Positions 8,257 through 18,501 of a DNA stretch of 47,249 nucleotides are shown piece after piece. Every line of letters starts with the position of its first letter. The first letter of the stretch is position 1. The position numbers and the translations under genes were made by a program. Source of the stretch: a virus (Duplodnaviria; Caudoviricetes); IMG/VR virus record IMGVR_UViG_3300008113_000206, positions 1-47,249 of that record; one strand, written 5' to 3'. Below the pieces are notes generated by a model. The model worked only from the letters and a program-made list of their open reading frames with translations, was not told the origin of the DNA and did not search any database.

Positions 8257-8284
8257 GGGGGGCTTCGGCCCCCCTTAATTTTTT
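8257..8284 (+). terminator. Rho-independent terminator
   Basis: GGGGGGC-TTCG-GCCCCCC followed by TTAATTTTTT. Confidence 0.85.
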
Positions 8285-8294
8285 GGAGGACTTG

Positions 8295-8594
8295 ATGACT
8301 GTTTACGACCTTGTAGAAAAACTTGGTGGCGAAGTTTGCCGTGGTAAGGCGCGCGCACGAATCGACGGGCAGTGGGTAATCCTCGGCCAACTCAACGGTG
8401 ACGATCTGGTATTTACCGAAGAGGGTCGGGCGCTGGCGGCTGAAGACGGCGAAGAAACTCCTCGTAAGCGTGGTAGACCAGCCAAAACGGCTATAGTAGA
8501 ATCAGTTGAACCTCCTAGCGAGGAAGTTGCTCCTGTAGAAGTACAGGATGAGCCCGTTCCTCCTGATGCTGAGCCTATCGGGTTGTCTAACTAA
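8295..8594 (+). CDS. Hypothetical protein with KRGRP motif and acidic tail
   Basis: GGAGGA SD supports a start at 8295; ORF track 8283-8594. Confidence 0.7.
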   Translation: MTVYDLVEKLGGEVCRGKARARIDGQWVILGQLNGDDLVFTEEGRALAAEDGEETPRKRGRPAKTAIVESVEPPSEEVAPVEVQDEPVPPDAEPIGLSN

Positions 8595-8605
8595 GGAACA
8601 CCAAC

Positions 8606-9280
8606 ATGGCGACAGTAAAAGTTGTAGACCTGATTTCTAGAGCGCTAGTTCTGCTAAAGGACCCCACGGCGGTTCGTTGGCCCGCTGTAGAACTTCAGTA
8701 CTGGCTAAACGATGGCTATCGCGAGATCGTCAATCGTCGCCCAGACGCGAACGCTCAGGTCGCAACTTTTACTTGCGTTGCTGGATATAGACAAAATATT
8801 GAACAGTTTCAAAACGCGCAACGATTACTAGAAGTTATCGCTAACGCGGCAGCGACTTCGAATAAGAGAACTATCCGAATTGTTGACCGGCAGACTATGG
8901 ACGACCAGCTTCCCGGCTGGAATACGGCAACGCCTTCGATCAACATAGAAAAATACATGTTCGACCACAGACTCCCCAAAGAGTTTTTGGTCTACCCCCC
9001 AGCTAAAAGTACTACGGAACTAGAAATCGTTTTTTCTACGTTTCCGCTCGCACACTCGCTTACAGAAGCGCAGTTAATGAATCCGGCTACTACTACAACT
9101 ATTACTCTAGATGATACGTACGCCAATACACTTCTAGACTATATGATGTACCGTGCGTATAGTAAAGATGTCGAGCAAGCTGGTAACGCCCAACGTGCGG
9201 CTGCGTATTATCAGGCTATGATGGACGCGCTCAATGGCATTAATACCGGCGATCAAAAAGAAGTACCGGAGGATAGATAA
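8606..9280 (+). CDS. Head-tail adaptor protein (putative)
   Basis: RWPAVELQYWLNDG and LLDYMMYRAYSKD motifs; position after the head genes. Confidence 0.75.
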   Translation: MATVKVVDLISRALVLLKDPTAVRWPAVELQYWLNDGYREIVNRRPDANAQVATFTCVAGYRQNIEQFQNAQRLLEVIANAAATSNKRTIRIVDRQTMDDQLPGWNTATPSINIEKYMFDHRLPKEFLVYPPAKSTTELEIVFSTFPLAHSLTEAQLMNPATTTTITLDDTYANTLLDYMMYRAYSKDVEQAGNAQRAAAYYQAMMDALNGINTGDQKEVPEDR

Positions 9281-9894
9281 TGGCGCTAGTTACTTGGGAT
9301 ACTTTTCTGCCCATCATAACGCCCGACATCCCCGGGTGCCCACACACGACTATCGAGACAAACTTAGCTGCCGTGGCGGCGGACTTCTGCGCTCGTACGC
9401 ACGTATGGAGGTCGTCTTTAGATTTGGGCTCTACGCAAACTGATCAACCTATTTATCCATTAATTAATACTTCTACGGTGGTTATTGAGTCAGTCTTATG
9501 GCTTCTTGTGGATAATAAAAGTATAGAGCATACGGACCCACGACTAATAAACCAAGAAGATTTAGAGCGCACTGGACAGCCAACACATTTTTGGATAGAA
9601 GACGACCGTAATATAAGGTTGTTTTTTATCCCAGATAATTCGTACACTTTGAAAGGCGAGATCGCGCTAAAGCCGTCAAGAACCGCTACCGGCGTTCAAA
9701 CTTGGCTTTATGAGACTTGGGCGGATGTATTAGTTAGCGGTGCAATTTACCGCATCACTCGTACTCCGGGCAAAGAATGGTCTAGCCCAGACATGGCCGC
9801 TTTACATAAAAGTATTTACGAACAAGGTGTGACAAACGCGCGCATCCGCGACCGCCGAAATGTGCACATGCAAGTGCGCATGATCAGACCATAA
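9280..9894 (+). CDS. Second adaptor / tail tubular protein (putative)
   Basis: 204 aa; TAATG-coupled to the previous gene; GCP...DFCART motif. Confidence 0.65.
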   Translation: MALVTWDTFLPIITPDIPGCPHTTIETNLAAVAADFCARTHVWRSSLDLGSTQTDQPIYPLINTSTVVIESVLWLLVDNKSIEHTDPRLINQEDLERTGQPTHFWIEDDRNIRLFFIPDNSYTLKGEIALKPSRTATGVQTWLYETWADVLVSGAIYRITRTPGKEWSSPDMAALHKSIYEQGVTNARIRDRRNVHMQVRMIRP

Positions 9895-9903
9895 GGAGCA
9901 ATC

Positions 9904-10254
9904 ATGCCCGCTGGTAACTATGATATTTACATTGAGCAAGGCGCTACATTGTCTTTGCCTATTATTTGGAAAGACAGCGACGGTAATGTAATTAACATTA
10001 CTGGCTATACCGCTCGTATGCAAGTGCGGCAGACTAGGCCTTCTACTACCGTATTGTTGTCTGCTACCACTGAAAACGGCAAGCTAGTAATAAGTGGTTC
10101 GAACGGCAGAGTAACTATTTCTTTATCCGCCGCAGATACAGCGGCGATTACTTGGCTTACTGGTGTTTACGATCTTGAATTAGCTTCTCCCGGTGGTGTT
10201 GTTACACGGCTTATAGAAGGCAGCGTCACAGTATCTCAAGAGGTTACGCGATGA
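9904..10254 (+). CDS. Fibre-attachment beta-sandwich protein (BppU/LtfC-like)
   Basis: [10 protein letters not shown]...[11 protein letters not shown]...GVYDLEL...[15 protein letters not shown]; directly upstream of the fibre gene. Confidence 0.65.
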   Translation: MPAGNYDIYIEQGATLSLPIIWKDSDGNVINITGYTARMQVRQTRPSTTVLLSATTENGKLVISGSNGRVTISLSAADTAAITWLTGVYDLELASPGGVVTRLIEGSVTVSQEVTR

Positions 10255-13200
10255 CTACTAATGTAGTAGTTGTTGAAGAAGATGGCACTGTTGTAGTTAG
10301 TGAGCAAAGTAGTACTGTCGTAATTAATGAAGTTTCTACTTCTATTTTAGAAGTGGGCGCAGTTGGGCCTCAAGGTATTGCTGGTCCAACAGGACCTATA
10401 GGCCCAACAGGACCTACTGGTGCGCAAGGTAATACTGGTCCTACAGGCCCAACAGGCGCTGCGTCTAGTGTTGCTGGGCCAACTGGCCCAACTGGTGCGC
10501 AAGGTAATACTGGTCCTACAGGCCCAACAGGCGCTGCGTCTAATGTAGCTGGCCCAACTGGTGCGCAAGGTAATACTGGTCCTACAGGCCCAACAGGCGC
10601 TGCGTCTAATGTAGCCGGTCCTACTGGCCCAACTGGTTCCCCGGGGTATATTGGTTTGGATGGCCCGACAGGGCCAACAGGGCCTAGTGGTAGCGGTCCT
10701 ACAGGTGCTACTGGGCCAACAGGTGCTGCGTCTAGTATTGCTGGCCCAACTGGTCCAACTGGCCCTACAGGCGCGCAAGGTGTGCAAGGCGACCACGGTC
10801 CAACTGGGCCACAAGGTGTACAGGGTTTACAGGGCGAACAAGGTGTAGCTGGCCCAACAGGTCCTACTGGTACGCAAGGCGCGCAGGGTAATACAGGCGC
10901 AACAGGTCCGACTGGACCGCAGGGTACACAAGGTGTGGCTGGTCCCACTGGTCCAACAGGTACACAAGGTGTACAAGGCGATCATGGCCCTACTGGCCCA
11001 CAAGGCGTTCAAGGTGAACAGGGGTTCGTTGGCCCAACAGGTCCTACAGGCGCGCAAGGTATTCAGGGCGAAGTAGGTCCTACAGGTCCTACTGGCGCGC
11101 AGGGTAATCAAGGTAATACAGGTCCTACCGGCCCAACTGGCGCGCAAGGCAATCCGGGCGCTGGCGGTACGGTGGCTCATTGGGGAAGTTTTTGGTCCAC
11201 ACAAGATCAAACTGCTGCAAATACAACCACTGCTTACGCGATCACATTTAATAATTCTGACGCTAGCAATTATGGAGTGACGCTAAGTAATAACTCACGA
11301 TTAAATATTAGTGAAACAGGTGTTTACAACATTCAATTTTCCGCACAAGCAGTTAGTGTGCACAACCAAATTGTTGAAACGTCTTGGTGGATTAGAAAAA
11401 ATAATGTTGATATTGCTGATAGTAGAGGTGCAGTTGCTGTTCCGGGGGCAGCGGGCGGTGTAAACGGACAAATTATTGCCGCTTGGAATTATGTAATGCC
11501 TGTAACTGCTGGTGATTACATTGAGTTTTATTGGCAGACAGAAAATACAGACGTAAGTTTAGAAACATTACCAGCGGGGACAACCCCAACAACTCCAGTT
11601 GTGCCAAGTATGATTGCGACGGTAACGCAAGTTACTTACACGCAGAATGGTCCTACTGGCCCACAGGGTTCAACAGGTTCGACTGGTCCAACCGGTCCTA
11701 CCGGCGCGCAAGGTAGTGTTGGCCCGACTGGCCCAACCGGTGCACAAGGTATTCAGGGTGATTCTGGCCCCACAGGCCCTCAAGGTACGCAAGGTATACA
11801 GGGTGTCCCGGGCGATCTAGGTCCTACTGGTCCAACAGGCGCGCAAGGTAATATCGGTCCGACAGGTCCTACAGGTACAACTGGTGCGCAAGGTCCTACT
11901 GGTAGTGTTGGTCCAACCGGTCCTACTGGCGCGCAAGGTGATCAGGGGAATATTGGTCCCACTGGGCCACAAGGTGTGCAGGGTATACAGGGGGCTACGG
12001 GTGATGTCGGCCCTACAGGGCCTACTGGTGTAGCTGGTCCAACTGGTCCAACAGGCGCGCAAGGTATTCAGGGCGAAGTAGGTCCTACAGGTCCTACTGG
12101 CGCACAAGGTGTTCAGGGCAATGTCGGTCCTACAGGTCCTACTGGCGCACAAGGTATTCAAGGCGATGTTGGACCAACTGGTGCAGTTGGACCTACAGGA
12201 CCAACAGGTAGTACTGGCGCGGCAGGGGCAACTGGGCCCACTGGCCCCGGTAATGTTGTTGGTCCCGGTACATCAACAGATAACGCGGTAGTTAGGTTTG
12301 ACGGAACGACTGGGCAGTTAGTTCAAAATTCTAACGTCACTATAGACGACGATGGGGATGTTGTTATCTCTGTCAACTCGTCTACCAGCGCACTCCGCAT
12401 TACACAAACAGGTTCAGGGAACGCATTGCTTGTTGAAGATAGTGCAAATCCTGATGCGTCACCATTTGTTGTTACTGCTGACGGTGATGTTGGCATCGGT
12501 ACAGCGACACCAAATACACAATTAGCTGTTTATAGAAGCGGTACGAGTGCAAATATTAGTTGTACTACTGATGGCGCACTTTCAAATATTTACTCTCAAC
12601 GATCCTCAAATGATACGGCGGGAGGGTTATTAACGGTTAGGAAATCTCGTGGAACTTCTAGTGCGCAAGTAATTGTGCAAGCTGACGATAACGTTGGAAC
12701 TCTTGATTATCGAGCATTTGATGGAACTGCTTATCAATCTGCTGCAAGAATTAGTGTAGAAGTAGATGGGACTCCCGGTTCTACCGATATGCCCGGAAGG
12801 TTAATTTTTTCGACCACGCCGGATAATGTAAGCACCCCGCTTGAACGAATGCGGATTACAAGTAGCGGCAATGTAGGTATCGGAATTGTCCCTGCCGTGG
12901 CTCTCGATGTGTTGGGCGTGATTGAAGCACAAGCAGCAGCAGCGCAGGATGCCATTCGCCTACAGGGTCGGGCAGGAGGTACTTCTTCTTTTTCAGTGAC
13001 GCTAGTCCCAACTACGTTAACTGCTAGTAGAACGCTTACTTTGCCAGATGCATCAACGACAGTTGTTGGTACAGATGCGACGCAAACACTAACAAACAAA
13101 ACGCTCACGAATCCCACCGTAACTAATTACGTTGAAACGAGATTTACAGCTAACTCCAGCACCGCGATTACGCTTGATCTTGCAAACGGCACCATGCAGG

Positions 13201-13439
13201 ACATTACGTTAACAGGCTCTGCGACAATTACCATGCCTACTGCGGTTGCTGGCAAGTCGTTTATTTTGCTGCTTCGTTCAGGTTCCGGTAGTTACGCGGT
13301 AACTTGGTCTACTGTAAAGTGGTCGGGCGGGATTATACCGGTTGTTACCACTACTGCTAGTCGTTTGGATATTTATTCGTTCTTTAGCGACGGCACTAAT
13401 TGGTACGGTATTACAGTTAATCAAAACTTCACACCGTAA
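10251..13439 (+). CDS. Collagen triple-helix tail fibre with an internal C1q/BclA-like domain
   Basis: Two long Gly-X-Y tracts dominated by GPT, separated by a ~155-aa beta domain; fibre-type C-terminus ([23 protein letters not shown]). Confidence 0.9.
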   Translation: MTTNVVVVEEDGTVVVSEQSSTVVINEVSTSILEVGAVGPQGIAGPTGPIGPTGPTGAQGNTGPTGPTGAASSVAGPTGPTGAQGNTGPTGPTGAASNVAGPTGAQGNTGPTGPTGAASNVAGPTGPTGSPGYIGLDGPTGPTGPSGSGPTGATGPTGAASSIAGPTGPTGPTGAQGVQGDHGPTGPQGVQGLQGEQGVAGPTGPTGTQGAQGNTGATGPTGPQGTQGVAGPTGPTGTQGVQGDHGPTGPQGVQGEQGFVGPTGPTGAQGIQGEVGPTGPTGAQGNQGNTGPTGPTGAQGNPGAGGTVAHWGSFWSTQDQTAANTTTAYAITFNNSDASNYGVTLSNNSRLNISETGVYNIQFSAQAVSVHNQIVETSWWIRKNNVDIADSRGAVAVPGAAGGVNGQIIAAWNYVMPVTAGDYIEFYWQTENTDVSLETLPAGTTPTTPVVPSMIATVTQVTYTQNGPTGPQGSTGSTGPTGPTGAQGSVGPTGPTGAQGIQGDSGPTGPQGTQGIQGVPGDLGPTGPTGAQGNIGPTGPTGTTGAQGPTGSVGPTGPTGAQGDQGNIGPTGPQGVQGIQGATGDVGPTGPTGVAGPTGPTGAQGIQGEVGPTGPTGAQGVQGNVGPTGPTGAQGIQGDVGPTGAVGPTGPTGSTGAAGATGPTGPGNVVGPGTSTDNAVVRFDGTTGQLVQNSNVTIDDDGDVVISVNSSTSALRITQTGSGNALLVEDSANPDASPFVVTADGDVGIGTATPNTQLAVYRSGTSANISCTTDGALSNIYSQRSSNDTAGGLLTVRKSRGTSSAQVIVQADDNVGTLDYRAFDGTAYQSAARISVEVDGTPGSTDMPGRLIFSTTPDNVSTPLERMRITSSGNVGIGIVPAVALDVLGVIEAQAAAAQDAIRLQGRAGGTSSFSVTLVPTTLTASRTLTLPDASTTVVGTDATQTLTNKTLTNPTVTNYVETRFTANSSTAITLDLANGTMQDITLTGSATITMPTAVAGKSFILLLRSGSGSYAVTWSTVKWSGGIIPVVTTTASRLDIYSFFSDGTNWYGITVNQNFTP
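10416..10608 (+). repeat. Three exact 52-bp direct repeats in the collagen region
   Basis: ACTGGTGCGCAAGGTAATACTGGTCCTACAGGCCCAACAGGCGCTGCGTCTA at 10416, 10491 and 10557. Confidence 0.85.
11046..12103 (+). repeat. Pair of exact 53-bp direct repeats (11046-11098 and 12051-12103)
   Basis: ACAGGCGCGCAAGGTATTCAGGGCGAAGTAGGTCCTACAGGTCCTACTGGCGC twice, 1005 bp apart. Confidence 0.85.
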
Positions 13440-13448
13440 GGGCGGGCG

Positions 13449-16400
13449 ATGTTTTCAGCAGCTACTAAAACTGACGCATCTGGCGGGCCTGTTTTTGTTG
13501 AGGATGTGTTTTCAACGAATGTGTATACGGGCAACGGAACTGTACAATCCATTTCAAATGGTATCGCTCTTGGTTCATCATATGGTGGTAATGTTTTGTT
13601 CTATGTCTTGAATTCCACTTGGTTAACCATCCCAGACAACGCCGCGTTTGAAATGGCGGCGGGGGATTTTACTATAGAGGGGTTTTTTTATAGCACGGTT
13701 CCTGTGCCTAATATCGCCACTCCTAGAACGCTTATTGGGAAGGGCACTACTGCTTTTCAGTCGTTTAACATTTCCCTTTTATATAACTCCGCTAATCCGT
13801 CTACAACTTCAAATTTAGTTTTTAGGTCCTCTAGTAGTGGAACATCTAACAACATAGCAAACAACGTTTCTTTTGGCATTGTTTCAACTAACACTTGGTA
13901 TCATTTTGCTGTTGCCAGACAGGGGACAGACATTCGTTTGTTTTTGAATGGGGCGTTAATCACCACAATCTCATCTGCTTTGTCTCTTGTTGATAATACA
14001 GCGGCAGCAAGCATTGGCGGACGTGCCGACGGAAATGACCTATGTGATGCGTTAATTTCTAATGTGCGAATAGTTAAAGGAACCGCAGTTTACACGTCTG
14101 CCTTTACTCCCCCTTCTGCCCCATTAACGGCAATATCTGGAACATCGCTGCTTACTTGTCAGTCGCCTAGCCCTACAACCGATTACTCATCTAACGCTTT
14201 TACTATTACGGTATTTAATGCAGTGGCGCAAAATAGTGGAGGCCCGTTTACCGATTCATCAGCGAGTAAAGGCGGTCTAGTGTGGTTGAAAAGTCGCTCT
14301 GATGCGACGAACCATGCGTTATACGACACTGTTCGTGGCGCTACATTTGATATTGGTTCAAACTTAGCTACAGGGCAAACAACACAACCAGAGGGCCTTA
14401 CTACTTTTAATACCAATGGGTTCAGCATAGCCACGCTACCAAAGATAAATACAGCTGGATCTACCTACGTATCGTGGGCATTCCGCGAGCAACCAAGATT
14501 TTTTGATGTAGTTACGTATACCGGCAATGGTGCTAACCGCACAATAGAACACGCGCTAGGGTCGGTTCCGGGCTGTATTATGGTGAAGCGAACAGACGCT
14601 TCTGGTGATTGGCAGGTTTACCATCGTGGGCTGATCTCCAACGGACATTACATAGTTTTGAACAGCGGTGCTGGTGCTATCGCTGGCGCGGGCGGTGCTG
14701 CTCGTTGGAATAGCACAACGCCAACTGACTCAGTATTTTCACTAGGTACAGACGCGACAGTAAATGCTAGTGGTGGTACTTATGTCGCTTACTTGTTCGC
14801 TCATGATGCAGGAGGTTTCGGGCTAACTGGCGCAGATAACGTGATTACTTGTGGTTCCTACACAGGAAATGGCGCAGCAGCTGGTCCTACAATTACGCTT
14901 GGATACGAACCTCAATTTCTTATTCTAAAAAGAAGTACATTTGGACAGACTACAAACTGGGCTATGGTCGACAACACGCGTGGCTGGTCGAATGGCGCGG
15001 TTGAGAAGTACATGATTCCAAACCAAACTACGGTCGACACAGATTTAGAATTTGTTAGCCTCTTGCCAAATGGTTTTGCTGTTACTACCACTAGCACTAC
15101 AGCTAACGCTTCAGGTGAAGTTTATATTTACATAGCCGTTCGTCGTGGCCCGATGAAAACACCAACAAGCGGGACCGAGGTGTTATCGATATCGGCTCGT
15201 ACTGGTACAGGCGCAAACGCCACTGTTAGCGGTGGGCTAGTTAGCGACGCTATTATCGTAAAAAACAGGGGGTCGGCTGTTGCGTCGTTGATAGCGTCTA
15301 GGCTTAGTGGAACTGGGTACATGGCTTCTTCGGCTACTACTGCCGAAGCTGCTGCTGGCACAACCATATTACAAGCAAATCCATGGGATGTGATGAGTGG
15401 TGTCAAGTTAGGTACAACATCAACTATTACAAACGCTTCAGCAGCTACGTTTATTAATTACCTACTGCGACGCGCGCCCCAAGTTTTTGATGTTGTCTGC
15501 TACACAGGCACAGGCGCGAATAGAACTGTACCCCATAACTTAACTGTTGCTCCTGAATTTATGATTGTTAGAGCCAGAAGCATAGGTGGTAATTGGGAGG
15601 TATATTCTAACAACGACCCAACCGGCAGTATGAATTTGAACGCTACCACTGCGTTTACCACTGCCGCAGTATTGTGGAACAACACAAGACCTACTGCTAG
15701 TGTGTTTTCCGTTGGCACAGATGGAGATGTTAATGCAAGCGGTGTAACGTATATAGCGTATCTATTTGCAACATTAGCTGGGGTGTCAAAGATTGGTACT
15801 TATGTTGGAGCCAACGCAACCAAGAACATTGACTGCGGTTTTACTAATGGCGCAAGATTTGTCCTTGTTAAGCAATTTGACGCGGTTAATGGCTGGTTTA
15901 TCTGGGATACCGCGCGCGGTATTTCTGCTGCAACTGACCCCTATTGGCTGACGAATGCCACAGCCGCTGAAGTCACTACTACCGATTGGATAGAGCCCTT
16001 GTCCAGCGGTTTTCAGGTGTCTGGTAATGCGTCTAACCCAATCAATACAGCTACTGCTGCAACATGGACAGCTAGAACACCCGGCTTTACTTCGCCCGCG
16101 TTTATTAACACGGGAGTATTTGGGGCGGGATTGTTTGCAGCAGGTGGGGATAACGGGCAGATTAGAACATCCCCTACGGGTGCGACATGGACAGCGCGTA
16201 CTAGCCAGTTTGGAACGGACAGCATTTTCGGCTTAACGTTTGACAACAATCAGTTTGTCGCAGTTGGCTCCACAGGCAAAATCTCTACCTCTCCTACGGG
16301 CGCGACATGGACAGCGCGTACAAGTACTACGTCATCGGAATTAAAATGCGTTGCGTTTGGTGGCGGGGTATGGGCTGCGTTAGGTGGGGCTGGAACTTTT

Positions 16401-16970
16401 GTTTGTACATCAACGGACAACGGCGTTACATGGACGCGAACTAATATCGCAACCGTAACCGGCGCTTCTGCTGGAAACATAGTTTACGGCAATGGTGTTT
16501 TTGTCTCGGTTGGTGGGAACAGTACGATTAAGCGGTCCACTGACGGGGTTAACTGGACGGTTGTTCAGACGGGCACAGGTGGCGTGTTTGGTGTAAGCAA
16601 CAATATGTTTGCCCTCACCTTTGCGGAAGGACAGTTCATTGCCGCAAGCGTACTCGGGGGCGTCGCCCGCAGTACAGACGGCTTAACATGGACTCTAGTG
16701 GGATCGCTACCTGCTAACCGATACCCTGTTTGTTTTACCTACGCCAGTGGGGAGTTGTACGCCGCTATCGAAAACGTCACTGGATCGCCCGTGACAGATA
16801 TTTATGTTTCCGAAAACTTGGGCACGACGTGGACTCTTACAGCAACTTCGGTTGTTGCCGGTTCTCCTGCTTTTCTAGCATACGGAACGTTTACTTTTAT
16901 GGCTGCTCAGTTCGGAGGCACTGCCGCTACCGCGCCTAGCGCAACCTATGTATATCTAGCTATCGCTTGA
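13449..16970 (+). CDS. Mosaic tail fibre / receptor-binding protein (repeated YTGNG modules, LamG/ConA-like domain, beta-propeller)
   Basis: Repeated FDVVTYTGNG / CGSYTGNG modules; GDFTIEGFF...WYHFAVAR...ISNVRIVKG (LamG-like); SxDGxTWT Asp-box repeats. Confidence 0.85.
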   Translation: MFSAATKTDASGGPVFVEDVFSTNVYTGNGTVQSISNGIALGSSYGGNVLFYVLNSTWLTIPDNAAFEMAAGDFTIEGFFYSTVPVPNIATPRTLIGKGTTAFQSFNISLLYNSANPSTTSNLVFRSSSSGTSNNIANNVSFGIVSTNTWYHFAVARQGTDIRLFLNGALITTISSALSLVDNTAAASIGGRADGNDLCDALISNVRIVKGTAVYTSAFTPPSAPLTAISGTSLLTCQSPSPTTDYSSNAFTITVFNAVAQNSGGPFTDSSASKGGLVWLKSRSDATNHALYDTVRGATFDIGSNLATGQTTQPEGLTTFNTNGFSIATLPKINTAGSTYVSWAFREQPRFFDVVTYTGNGANRTIEHALGSVPGCIMVKRTDASGDWQVYHRGLISNGHYIVLNSGAGAIAGAGGAARWNSTTPTDSVFSLGTDATVNASGGTYVAYLFAHDAGGFGLTGADNVITCGSYTGNGAAAGPTITLGYEPQFLILKRSTFGQTTNWAMVDNTRGWSNGAVEKYMIPNQTTVDTDLEFVSLLPNGFAVTTTSTTANASGEVYIYIAVRRGPMKTPTSGTEVLSISARTGTGANATVSGGLVSDAIIVKNRGSAVASLIASRLSGTGYMASSATTAEAAAGTTILQANPWDVMSGVKLGTTSTITNASAATFINYLLRRAPQVFDVVCYTGTGANRTVPHNLTVAPEFMIVRARSIGGNWEVYSNNDPTGSMNLNATTAFTTAAVLWNNTRPTASVFSVGTDGDVNASGVTYIAYLFATLAGVSKIGTYVGANATKNIDCGFTNGARFVLVKQFDAVNGWFIWDTARGISAATDPYWLTNATAAEVTTTDWIEPLSSGFQVSGNASNPINTATAATWTARTPGFTSPAFINTGVFGAGLFAAGGDNGQIRTSPTGATWTARTSQFGTDSIFGLTFDNNQFVAVGSTGKISTSPTGATWTARTSTTSSELKCVAFGGGVWAALGGAGTFVCTSTDNGVTWTRTNIATVTGASAGNIVYGNGVFVSVGGNSTIKRSTDGVNWTVVQTGTGGVFGVSNNMFALTFAEGQFIAASVLGGVARSTDGLTWTLVGSLPANRYPVCFTYASGELYAAIENVTGSPVTDIYVSENLGTTWTLTATSVVAGSPAFLAYGTFTFMAAQFGGTAATAPSATYVYLAIA

Positions 16971-16978
16971 GGATAATT

Positions 16979-17419
16979 ATGTTTATTAGGATACGATCTG
17001 ATGGTGCTGTGGTAACAACTAGCGAGTTCCGCGCTTTGCACCCAAACACTAGTTTTCCACAAATATTGACCGAAGATTTATTGGCGGAGTTTGGCGCTGA
17101 TCCTGTTCTAAACGGTCCTTATCCTTACGCGAACCACTACCAGATTGTTGTCCCAGACGGTGTAGAAGAAATAGAAGGTAAGTGGTTTACGAAGTACTCA
17201 GTCGTAGACATGGATACGGAGTCCATCACTGCGGTTAATTCGAAGCAAGCTAATTTAGTGCGAGAAGATAGAAACCAACGGTTAACTTCTTCTGACTGGA
17301 CACAACTATCTGATGCACCAGTAGATCAGACTGCGTGGGCTACTTACCGTCAGGCGTTGCGCGATGTCCCGTCGCAAACGGGATTCCCTTGGGATATAAC
17401 TTGGCCTGTGGAGCCCTAA
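16979..17419 (+). CDS. Tail fibre assembly chaperone
   Basis: C-terminal RNQRLTSSDWTQLSDAP...WATYRQALRDVP...FPWDITWPVEP signature; GAGG SD before ATG 16979. Confidence 0.88.
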   Translation: MFIRIRSDGAVVTTSEFRALHPNTSFPQILTEDLLAEFGADPVLNGPYPYANHYQIVVPDGVEEIEGKWFTKYSVVDMDTESITAVNSKQANLVREDRNQRLTSSDWTQLSDAPVDQTAWATYRQALRDVPSQTGFPWDITWPVEP

Positions 17420-18501
17420 TGAAAATAGCCGTATACGCGATCAGTAAGAACGAAGCACAGTTTGTCCAGCGGTTCTGTGAGTCGGCGAAAGATGCTGACT
17501 TGGTGCTAATAGCCGACACGGGGTCTACCGATGAAACAGTGGAACTGGCTCGCCAAAGTGGCGCTGTTGTTCATGATATCTGTGTGTCACCTTGGCGCTT
17601 TGATCGCGCTCGGGACGCTGCTTTGGCACTGATCCCCCGCGAGTACGACGTATGTATTTCGCTGGACTTGGACGAGGTGCTGGAACCCGGATGGCGTGAA
17701 GAGATTGAGCGTGTATGGCAAGAAGACACAACCCGACTGCGCTATAAGTTCGACTGGGGCTGTGGCATCTCGTTCTACTACGAGAAAATCCACCACCGCC
17801 ATGGCTACCACTGGCACCACCCCGTCCACGAATATCCTGTCCCAGACGGCAGGATCACAGAGATTTACGCCCAGACCGATAAACTACTGGTGCGGCACCT
17901 GCCTGACCCGACGAAGAGTCGTGGGCAGTACTTAGACCTACTAAAGCTGGCTGTGACGGAAGACCCCCACTGCCCGCGCAATGCGTTCTACTACGCCCGT
18001 GAGTTGACCTTCTACTCCATGTGGGGTGAGGCAGTGGTCGCCCTGTTCAAGTATCTGGATAACCCCAAAGCCAACTGGCCCAACGAGCGGTGTTACGCCA
18101 TGCGCCTATTGGGCAAAAGCTACGCCGCTCTAGGCTCTCGTCATCACTCACTGGAATGGCGCAAGCGCGCAGCCGAGGAAGCCCCCAACACTCGGGAGCC
18201 ATGGGTGGAGTTAGCAGAATACTATTATTCCATACAGGCATGGAAAGAGTGTTTGGACGCCTCTGAGCGGGCTTTAGCTATCAAGGATAAGCAAGCGGTA
18301 TATACCATGGACCCTAGCGTTTGGGGTGCAAAACCTTTCGATTTTGCTGCGATTTCTGCATATAATCTGGACCTGTACGACAAGGCGGTCACGTACGGCA
18401 AAGCGGCGGTAGAGCTAGAGCCAGAGGACGAGCGACTTGTTTCCAACTTAGCATTTTACAAACGGAAGTCTGGCAATGAACTCGTCACCGCAAACGACTG
18501 A
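17419..18501 (+). CDS. Family 2 glycosyltransferase with C-terminal TPR repeats
   Basis: MKIAVYAISKNE, DTGSTD, FDRARD, DxD motif (LDLDE), HPVHE, TPR-like helices; true start ATG 17419 (TAATG overlap with the chaperone stop). Confidence 0.9.
   Translation: MKIAVYAISKNEAQFVQRFCESAKDADLVLIADTGSTDETVELARQSGAVVHDICVSPWRFDRARDAALALIPREYDVCISLDLDEVLEPGWREEIERVWQEDTTRLRYKFDWGCGISFYYEKIHHRHGYHWHHPVHEYPVPDGRITEIYAQTDKLLVRHLPDPTKSRGQYLDLLKLAVTEDPHCPRNAFYYARELTFYSMWGEAVVALFKYLDNPKANWPNERCYAMRLLGKSYAALGSRHHSLEWRKRAAEEAPNTREPWVELAEYYYSIQAWKECLDASERALAIKDKQAVYTMDPSVWGAKPFDFAAISAYNLDLYDKAVTYGKAAVELEPEDERLVSNLAFYKRKSGNELVTAND

Noticed and set aside
10370-10948. Minus-strand GPV/PCAP-repeat ORFs
   Set aside because: Mirror of the GPT collagen codons, not a separate gene.
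10365-12250. Repeats resembling a CRISPR array or a DGR template/variable pair
   Set aside because: Repeats are in-frame coding collagen units without unique spacers; no reverse transcriptase and no adenine-specific mismatch pattern seen.
17335-17418. ORF-track N-terminal extensions (also at 1305, 5447, 21381, 24334, 27129, 44298)
   Set aside because: They overlap upstream genes or promoters; downstream starts have better SD or coupling and family-typical N-termini.
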